A DNA stretch of 64,000 nucleotides. It comes from Phoronis australis (taxonomy: Eukaryota > Animalia > Phoronida). A model generated the notes under the pieces. The model was not told where the DNA came from, ran no database searches, and was given only the letters and a program-made list of their open reading frames with translations. The translations under genes and the position numbers were made by a program. The stretch spans positions 454,158-518,157 of the forward strand of contig NMRA01000153.1 in assembly GCA_002633005.1 (NCBI GenBank). The letters are read 5' to 3'. Below are positions 54,547 through 64,000 of this stretch, in pieces. Every line of letters begins with the position of its first letter. Position 1 is the stretch's first letter.

Positions 54547-54690
54547 CAGGGCTTGTAATGACCAATGACAAAAAACGCGGAAACTTTGAAACTTTTACAG
54601 CCTAAATCATGCCCGATAACCAGCCTTGAAATGGTCAATGTGAACCTTTCCCCGACAAAAATCGGAAGGACTAAAAAAAAAAAAAAAAAA
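54547..54690 (+). mobile_element. 5' part of a second copy of the 26812-27314 element, cut by the assembly N
   Basis: High similarity to 26812-26945 up to the internal poly-A; N at 54691. Confidence 0.85.
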
Positions 54691-54691
54691 N

Positions 54692-54784
54692 TGCACAGTC
54701 AATAAGCTGGTATTCGTTTGACCTTTCGTAACACACTTGCACTCCTTTATCCTGCCACAGTATCTCTGTGTGCTCGTAGAACTC
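54692..54784 (-). CDS. GNAS: G alpha-s exon (3' end and donor missing at the N)
   Basis: [31 protein letters not shown]; acceptor tattttag|; 5 nt are needed to reach phase 2. Confidence 0.93.
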
Positions 54785-55431
54785 CTAAAATAGTCAACAG
54801 CAACATACACGCCGCTACAGCAAACATGGAGTCTGAACAGAGTCTGCCCAGTACGTGGCTGGACAAGTTAGGCCAATGAAGGCACTTTTGAAAGCAACCA
54901 CAAAACTGCAACTAAGGATTGACAATTATGAGGACATAAAATAAGCAAGGAGTTATAAGTTGAACAACTAATGTAACAAACAGTTCACCAAATGCATTAC
55001 CATAGTTGCGACACTAACATTTTTGTTGGAAAGTGGGTTCTTTGAATGTTTGGAAAGCAAAACAACGTTTTAAGAGCTTGAGACTACCCTCCTTCGTTAA
55101 ACTCGATAATTGAGCTATATACAGCACTTTCAGACAACATAGCTTTATAGGGAGGTTAGTGGCAGTGTGTGGTTGCTTAGACTCAACCGAGTCCACTAAT
55201 TAATACATCTCAATTTTTTGTCAGATGACAAGTTTTCAACAAACAGGGCACAGATATGTTTAAATTGAATACAAATCTGCCAGCCAAAAGTTGTTAAAAA
55301 AACGCTTAAGGAAAGGCGCTTTCATAACCTGTGTTGCTATGGCAACGAGTAAAGCTTAAGGTATGATAATTGATAGACAACAATATCTAGCAACAGAGTT
55401 CAGCATTTCACTTAAATGTGCCGCATCTCAT

Positions 55432-55805
55432 TCTGTGCAATTGGCATGGCCACATCCATTTTGACTCTGTGCAATTGGCATGGCCACATCCATTTTGACT
55501 CTGTGCAATTGGCATGGCCACATCCATTTTGACTCTGTGCAATTGGCATGGCCACATCCATTTTGACTCTGTGCAATTGGCATGGCCACATCCATTTTGA
55601 CTCTGTGCAATTGGCATGGCCACATCCATTTTGACTCTGTGCAATTGGCATGGCCACATCCATTTTGACTCTGTGCAATTGGCATGGCCACATCCATTTT
55701 GACTCTGTGCAATTGGCATGGCCACATCCATTTTGACTCTGTGCAATTGGCATGGCCACATCCATTTTGACTCTGTGCAATTGGCATGGCCACATCCATT
55801 TTGAC
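55432..55805. repeat. 34-bp minisatellite x11, perfect (TCTGTGCAATTGGCATGGCCACATCCATTTTGAC)
   Basis: 374 bp = 11 identical units. Confidence 0.96.
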
Positions 55806-55947
55806 GCTTGAACTTATCATTTAGATACTATGTTTCAGCCATGATCAGGGGGGTTTAACTTGCACTTGCACGGGTGCTTAGTGAGTGTAGTGCACCTCAG
55901 AGAAGAATCTAATAGAGCGGAATAAGAATAGATAGTGAAAAATTTAC

Positions 55948-56067
55948 CGCAGGATAATCAAAGTCCGGCTGGCTAGCTACGTCCTGGATATAATCCACCC
56001 GAAACTGATTTCCTGGATTTTCTAGTGCTATGGGCGGATTGAGGGTGCTCATTGCACCCGTTATTGT
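55948..56067 (-). CDS. GNAS: G alpha-s exon (120 nt), helical domain
   Basis: [40 protein letters not shown]; phase 0/0. Confidence 0.95.
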
Positions 56068-58399
56068 CTGCAAGTAAAGTGAAACAAGATTAGTATCTCC
56101 AACAGAGAAAGGAATGCAAGAACAAAAGCAATGAAATTACAAGACACCCAAACTTCAACATCACAATAGCACTATTGTCAGGGGCTGGGGGTGAGTAAGA
56201 TAATGGTGTGACCTCCAACTCGGTAAAAGTGTTGATTTCACTATTCAGGGCAGCCTAAAAATAAAAAATATGGAGCCTTAAATCAGAGTTCATGAGAATG
56301 AAAACCGCCAGTTTCACATTCACGTACAGCCAAAAAAAGTCATTTCACAGGTCGCATCCTCTTCATCACTGGCGTGTGCCTTATTCATAAACAGTAATCC
56401 AGGAACCCTAATCAAGAATCTACTACTAATCGCACATCATGGGCTTATCACCGAATACCAAAGCGCCCTTGCCCAAATTCCACAGGATTTACCCACAATG
56501 CAATTACACATTGATTTCCAGTTAAACTAGTATTTTACAGAATAATGTTTCGACACTAATCACTCTAATGCCACAAAAGTTGTCACAAGCTGGATGGGAT
56601 GCAGTACATTGCTCTTGCCTTTTTAACTAGGTTGAGGGCCAAAGCTCTTGAAAACTAGGTCATCGTGCAAGGTGGTTTCCGCCTCGGTGAAACAGGATAG
56701 ATTAACTTGGAAGGCACCTACCCCATCAAGGAAACATTTGACCATTAATTATAAGCTGCGCCCACCCCCACAACAGGATAACAGAATACAAGAGCTGCCT
56801 ACCCTATTACACATTATAAAGTATTTGGTCATCCTTCATCCAGATGGCCAGGGTCTAATTTTATTACGGTAAATCTAACTCTTAATTATTTTTGAGACTT
56901 TTTGTTTAACATTAGTGGGAACAAAAGTTAAGCCAAAAAGCCTACACAGTAGTTGGTTCTTGTCTGCTTTTTCTGAAAACCAAGTCTGTGGTGTGGTATT
57001 TTTTAGTTGCTCACCTTCTCTAAAACGGAAAATCCACCTGAGATGAGCCAAAGGGATAGAGGGAGTTTCAAACCTTGTTGACGTGCACTTTTATGGTTTT
57101 TAAAAAATAAAAAACACAAAACCTTGGGTGAAATTGATGCAAGGGACATTTCGTTTTTTTAGTTGGTGAGTGCAGGTCTCAAAATGAGTCAGGGAACTGA
57201 CCAAAACCAATTTTTCTTCTTTGGCCTTGTTGTCTATTGTTTTGTGCTCAAGTGTCCTATGGTTTAAGCAGATCAATGTCCAAATAAATCATATTTTGCA
57301 CTTGATGACCCCTGCATTATAGCTACAAAATTCCAGTTTTAACTCAAAATCTTGAGTTTTTACTTGAAATCTAGTTTGCAGCTTGAATCATGGGATCACC
57401 AAATGTGATCTTGAATTAGACACTTATCTGTGAAAACCTTAGTATAGTAGAGCTCAGTGTAACGTAAAACATCAAAAATATTTTCCAAACCCGGAGATTA
57501 GACTCCATGCCCCAGGGAAGCTCTTCTATTTGTTGTTATTTATCTTTAAATGATGGCCAAAAACAAAAAGTGTTAGTCCCAAGTACAAGGTGTCTGGGTT
57601 TACAAGGGACTTTCTGGATTCGAACACAACACATTAGCTGCTTGTCAGGGTTCTGCTTTAAAAAATTAAAGAGGGTGGAAATTAACATATAAGGATGGAT
57701 GACCCCATCCCATTCGGGGTTTGGGGTATATCCCAAGAAAATTTAGACTGGAAAAAGTTAGTTCCTGCGTGTTGGTGAAATCTTCACTATCCCAAACACA
57801 ATATTTAGAGAAAGCCACGGTAAGTTTTGCACAGTACACAGCTGGATATTTAAGACTAGGTGGGTAAACAAATTTAAAGACGGTGGAAAAGAAGGTGGGA
57901 CAATTAAGTTGAGGCGTAATTAAAAAGGTGCAGTGCCCTGCAAGAACAATGCGTGGAGAAACCTGTTCACACAGGTACTTTTGCCATCACAGGTATGCTG
58001 TCTAGATACTCAGCTGGAGGACGCAAGAAATACCAGAGGCAAGTTGCCATCTGGACAAATCTTTGATCAATTTCTACGGTGCATACTTGTATTGAGCATG
58101 GCTTCGGCTGGTAAAAATTATCAACTTCAGAGTAAAATAAAATAAGAATGAAATGGTTTAATAAGCCAATACTAGCTAAATTCCAAACACAGCATGACTA
58201 CACACAAAACAAGTGTCAACCTCATTGCATCCCTGCATCTAAGTGAAACGGGATGTCCACAACTAATATAGAACTATATTTTTGTTCAGAAATTTTGACA
58301 AAGTCAAAACTCCCTTTCTTGCGATATTGTCCCCCAGACTGATGAACTGAAGGGTTGATACCATTTTCACCTTGCGGATATTAATTACCTATTCAAAAA

Positions 58400-59625
58400 G
58401 TAAAAATGAAAGCGCTCCGAGGAGCAAAACTAGGCGAAATTTTAACCAAAAACCATGTTAGAGATGACCTGAAAAGATGACGACAGAGATGATGACGAAG
58501 ATGACAGCTATGAAGACGATGGTGGCGATGATGGACAATGCAAGTTAGGATATCATTCATATGACGAATGTAGAGGTCAGAAATTACTAAGAGATAGGCT
58601 ACAGTCTCAAGCGACACTTGGCGAAATTAACTGAAGAAAAGACGACGTCGGAGATGACAAAGATGACAAATATGATGATGGTGGTGGAGATGACGAACAA
58701 CATCATAACATTCTTATGACGAACTTAGATGTCATAAAACAATAAGAAATAGGCTACAGTCTAGTTCAATAGAAGCTAAACCAACATCAATGCCGCAAGA
58801 GCGCTCAACAAAGGAACAGCGTTATCAGAAAATCTCAAATAACTCAAAAAGTAGATGTCCTAGCGAAAAATGGAAAACATCTTCTGAAAGGCCGTTCAAA
58901 ACTCTATCTAAATTGAAAGTATCACACAATTTCGTAAATTTTTCGAAAAAATGAAATTTTGCGTTTTTTTAAGAAATTCAGTCAAATATCTCGAAAACGG
59001 TAAGTCTGAGAAAAAAATTGGTTCATTTGAAAGAGTATACCTTAGACAATCCACATGCAAAAATTCACGTCATTTCCTCCTCCCGTTTAAATGGCACCTT
59101 AGCACGACTGAAAATGGGTCAACATGCGCCAGATCCACCATCTTGAAAGTAACTTCTGGTTTTTAGCTTTGTATAATAGCAGGTCATAAGAAACTAATAT
59201 CTGCAAAAATTCGAAGGAATTGGCCGTATAATGCGCCCTATACAGGAGAAAAAACGTTTTTCCCGAAATCAAGGTGCACATGTGCGAGTGCCAATATTTC
59301 CGCCATCTTTAACCAGAAGTGAACAATTTCCTGTACACATGAAGTATACATCTGGTCCAATAATTGTGCCGATTTTCAGCCCTGTACATAAAAAATTGTA
59401 GCCTCCAGAAGCCTTTGAATCTTAAAATGAAAACAAAATGGCCGCCACAGCCGCCATCTTGGATCCCATTATGACGAAAAACATTAGGCTTCCATAATTC
59501 CGAAACTACGTATCATGAGTAAATTTCATGATGATCGGACGAAAATTGAGACCTGTATCGTGCGAACAAACAAAAAACTTGATGGAAGAGCAACATACTT
59601 GGTGAAATTTATTTCGCCAAGTAAA
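58400..59625 (+). mobile_element. Non-autonomous Helentron/HINE-like element of a second family
   Basis: Recurrent (T)TGGCGAAATT motif, two GATGAC-rich modules, terminal hairpin TACTTGGTGAAAT-TT-ATTTCGCCAAGTA (59596-59623). Confidence 0.45.
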
Positions 59626-60310
59626 TTTCGTCAACTAAATTAATAATACTTTGTCCTGATTAATCAGTCCTCTTACACACAACCTGTACAACTAAGGAAG
59701 CGTGAGATCTAAAGAGCCTGATTTTCCGAGAACTACGTGAAGATTCTATTTGCTAAATTTGCAAATTCCAAATATTATTTCAGAAGGAAAAATAACACAA
59801 AACGTTCTGCTTGCTTTGCTTTTTTCCGCTCAATTATGTCGCATGCCTGTTTTACCTTGATGGGAGCATGAGTTTATAGCTTCTCTGAACACAAAAAAAA
59901 ACAGCGCCACCTTCAGAAAAGACGAAAAATTACTCGATCACGTCTGCCACAAACATTAATGTCCAGAATAGTAAAATAAAATTGGATGGATTAGTTATAT
60001 TGCCATTTCTTGATAATTAAAGGGTAAAAATATTAGAATTGTGATATCAACTACTGGAATACATGAATTCCCTTTTAAATCTAAATCCGTGAAAGAACAG
60101 AGATTCCATGAATTCTATCAGTTTTTAGTTATTGTGGAGAATCCGGGTCTCTAACGATTAGTATCACTGTGATATTATCAAGACCACAATGCAAAGAGTA
60201 ATTTCAATGACTATGAGTTCGTCATCATTAAGCATGAAAATGTTTTCTGACGATCAGAAGACAATGTGATTATTCAAACAATGATGACAAAACAGTGACA
60301 ATAAGCTTAC

Positions 60311-60365
60311 CAAAATTGCATCTCTTATATTCTTTTTAATATCGTCTATTTTCTCCTTTCTTTCA
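60311..60365 (-). CDS. GNAS: G alpha-s exon (55 nt), the most 5' exon found; the P-loop exons lie beyond the window
   Basis: ERKEKIDDIKKNIRDAIL; ccttgcag| and |gtaagc; phase 2/0. Confidence 0.92.
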
Positions 60366-63300
60366 CTGCAAGGAAAGGAACATATGAATTAGTATCAAAG
60401 AATGCATACATGATCATGACTATGAAACAATAATAATTGGCAAAATCAAATGTTTGCGGCAAAGAGCAAAGGAACTTTAAATATACACCCATGCACACAC
60501 AAGCAAATAGCGAACGATATTTCACAACCAAAATGTTTATGAATTCAAAACAGTTCATATAATAGTAACACCAACGAGTTTACAGATCTAAAAGAGTGCA
60601 TGTGTACCGATACTTTCTGAATTGAATTAATTCTTACCAATTTTGAACAAAATAATTGCGAAAATTGCACTTGCTTCATGTTTCAAGGACTTCTAATATC
60701 GCTTTGAATTTTGACAACTTTTCAAAATAATGTCTGTTGATAGCTATTGGATATGGCAAAGCATCATTCCGGTACCATATATAATTTACGCGAAAACGAG
60801 GACATACAATTTCACCTGACACTGAGGCCATATTGTGTCCTAAATTGGTGAGATCTTACCATAGCATTGTCTTTGGTTAAAAATAAAACTGTCAGAAACC
60901 AAGACTCTTTGGAAGTTAACGGAATTTAACAGCCCCTAGGTGTGAACAATTGAGGCTAAATATAGACATCTCTTCCTGCCTGAATTTGAAATTCAATAGG
61001 CGCATCCACCATTGAAGGATAGTTATAGAAAATACATTACACAACTTGGTAATAGTGACATACAAGGGTCCTGCCTTTTAATAACACGTTTTCTCCGCTA
61101 AGTAACAGGCATCAGACTGGTTTTCAAAATCCGACATGCATCAAACTGGTTTTCAAGATCCGGAACCCCTGTAAATGACCATTGGCGTATCACCCGACCT
61201 ACTTTTCAAAATGTAAGGCATGAGTTGACTTACAACCAAAGCACATCCAGTGCTGATAATTGTCTTTTTTTGCCAATTTCTCGTTGTCAGCATTGCAACT
61301 CAAAATACAATAATGCAAGTTTGCCTGCCTTAAATTGATGAATTGCAATTGCACACTAATTAGGGATACGAGAACCAGTACTTTGATGTGAAGAAGCAAG
61401 ACAAGTGCTCGACACTTTAGTTGCATTGTGGGTAAAGAATGTAGAAGAGTGATACTATGCTATTTCACGATAGGCCTACCATGATAGCACACCTGAGGAA
61501 AGGTCAAGGACAAAATCACCTCAAGGCACCAGTGTTAAGGGTACTAACACAAACATCTGCATAAGGCTTGCGGCCAGGATTCACACATTTTGCCAATGCA
61601 TATCTCCACCATGTTTATTTCATTATTTCTTCATTTTCTGAACATGAATTACAAAATTCATGTACGTGTTTGAAAGTCCATTTTCATACTAAGGGGAGTT
61701 TGTGTCTGAAGTCTTGGAATAAATGTAATGAACCAGTAACCAAAAATCCAAAATGTTGTAATTTGACTAATCTCCCAACATTTCAAACTCACTGCATACG
61801 TTTTCAAACTCAAGGCAAGTAAGCAAACCTTGTAAGCAGTGACGAGCCAAAACAAGTTGTGAAGAACACTGTGTTTGCAAGCAGTTGATTTAAGATACCT
61901 AAACTACACTGTTATCGGACTGTTCAACATGGTGTCATGCAAAAACATGACTCGCACACCTGCAAACACCGTTCACTCCAACAAAGCAGGCCGAATACCA
62001 GGTCACGTACTCATCGACTTCCTGGGTAAGTAGCGGGGGAAAAGTGATTATTACGCAGAAAGAGAATTGAAACAGAACAGTCCATGTTATTTTGAGAAGA
62101 AAGCAAAAGATAACGGAAGTCGCTGCTCTCACTGTCAGAACTGAGAATTGATGTTACAAAAGGAACTTGTGTGTCAATAAAGTGTAAAACAAATAAGCTT
62201 TTAAAATAACGTTTAGTGTTTCTCATTCATAACAATAACATCACATTACAGACAAACACATGACCAAATTATATTTAATCTCGCACCCATTACACAGCTG
62301 TCGAAGCACATTTCTACATTTTATCCTTTAACTGTTTGGTGGTCCGTGTGTTGTGTTTCTACATGCATGTGAGTCCGCGACCGTGTATTTTGAGTGAACG
62401 AATTGTGTTTTGTGAGTCCGATCCCATGTATTCGAGTCTGTGAACGGTGTTTGGAAGTACGTGCGTAGTGTTTTTACGCCCGACACAGTGTTTAGCAGTC
62501 TCTTAATCGTGTAGTTTAGGTACCTTATGATTGTATAAGTACATATTTTTCCTCACTGATGAAAGTAATACAGTGAACCGTAAATGTGGCCATTAAATGT
62601 TGGATGTTCCTTACACTACTTTTGGTCTAAAACACTTTTCTGAGAAAATTTGCATAAAAAATCACATTAGTGACTAGCACGATCAAAGGGAATAACGTTA
62701 ATTTCCAAAGTTCCTGTTTCAATGCTCGCTTCAGAGTTCTACTTCATTAAAATGCTTCTAGACAACCTTTTTCAAAATGTGCAGTTTAAAACCCATTGGC
62801 CACTTTTGGTTAGCGACAGGAACCGAGTGTGCAGCAAGTTTACAGTTTGGGAGGAGGAAAAACTGGGATGTCTGCTACATACTTAGGGATGACGGCCGCG
62901 TACTTAGGGATAACTGTTACATACAATAATCCACTAAAGGTTTACATGACAAATCTCTTGAGCTTAGTTTTCTTTCATTTTGAGTCATTATGTAAAGCCA
63001 AGATGACCCAGAATAGAGTTCAAACTAGGCTATGTTGCCATTGACAGTGAATGCAATGATGTAAACATAACACTCAAGTGATCAACAACATTGATAAAAG
63101 TATTGTTGATCAATGAATACACAAAGGTACTGATCTTAGTGGCCAAGTTGTATGTAGTATAACATTGAACAGTCAATATCAATTCAAGGGACCCATCCAC
63201 TCAACAGGCGTGATCACAGCATTCATTCATAAATCTGAAAAGCAAGGATTTCTCTCATCTTCTGAAAGTAAACCCGCGATGAGGTCCAAAGCATGGTAAA

Positions 63301-64000
63301 ATCACAAGAACTATTGAGTTTCTCAAATTGATGACAAAGATTGCATCTCTCCATGAATATCAAGAATAACATAAATCTATCAAGAATAACATAAATCTAA
63401 GCAATTATTTCTTAAACTAAAGACGGCAATTTGACAGAAGGCCAGATTAGTGTTCAACAGTAAATTATTGCACTAAGTTCAACAGAACCCTGTCTTAAAG
63501 TGGAACTTGCAGGCTAATTCTTTATCTCTGTGACTGCTTGGCCAAATTAGAAACAAAACGATGTGGATATGAAGTAGATTGAAAATTGCCAAATGTTTTT
63601 AAGAAGCGAGTTTTGTGGAGAAAATGATCCGCCGCAAATCAGTGAACCATGTCCAGTAAGTATCGCAATGTGGTGCTATGTGAGCTCGCAAGATACGTCA
63701 TTCGTGCAAAGGTCACAGATTTGCAGAATTTTTTTTCACATTTACAAGTTGTCAGTGAATACAACTGTACTTTGCTTAGCATAGATTATGTATAAAATAG
63801 CATTCGTTTAGTTCCTGCTACACATTAGCATAGTTAGGAGCATGCAAATAACGTTTAATTAGTCCACGTTGAATACACACCTATGTTCAATTTCTTCCCT
63901 TAAAAATATGAATAATAAGCCACAAAGTCAGCATAAGATGGCAGAGGGCAGATTTATGTGCCCTGGACAAAAGGCCAGTAGTCTAATCTGTCCTGTTGTC

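Noticed and set aside
55408-55820. Three overlapping 117-130 aa Cys/His-rich repetitive ORFs
   Set aside because: Products of a stop-free 34-bp minisatellite read in all three frames; intronic, no exon signals.
58455-58760. GATGAC-rich stretch suggesting an acidic protein
   Set aside because: Two diverged modules with stops inside a repeat element.
62005-62050. Possible GNAS micro-exon cccag|GAAGTCGATGA|gtacgt at the position of vertebrate alternative exon 3
   Set aside because: 11 nt would shift the frame; no support from sequence alone.

Overview
AT-rich eukaryotic genomic DNA, most likely from a protostome invertebrate (judged from the G-alpha-s sequence; species not identifiable). It holds three intron-containing genes, rebuilt by hand from GT-AG boundaries and reading phase. 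(1) A NEURL2-like neuralized (NHR) gene on the minus strand; its expected SOCS-box exon is not in the window. (2) A complete 9-exon nucleoporin SEH1 gene (361 aa) on the plus strand, head-to-head with NEURL2. (3) The 3' nine coding exons of a G-alpha-s (GNAS) gene on the minus strand, spread over about 35 kb and convergent with SEH1; one exon is clipped by an assembly N. Introns contain many non-autonomous DNA transposons and young minisatellites. Almost all short ORFs in the track are noise. Most interesting: a 30-bp repeat that copies a GNAS splice donor six times in frame without stops; a SEH1 intronic repeat that mimics the spliced exon 7/8 junction; a minimal hammerhead ribozyme motif; repeat-borne CTCF-like motifs; and NEURL2-SEH1-GNAS linkage that may mirror human 18p11/20q13.
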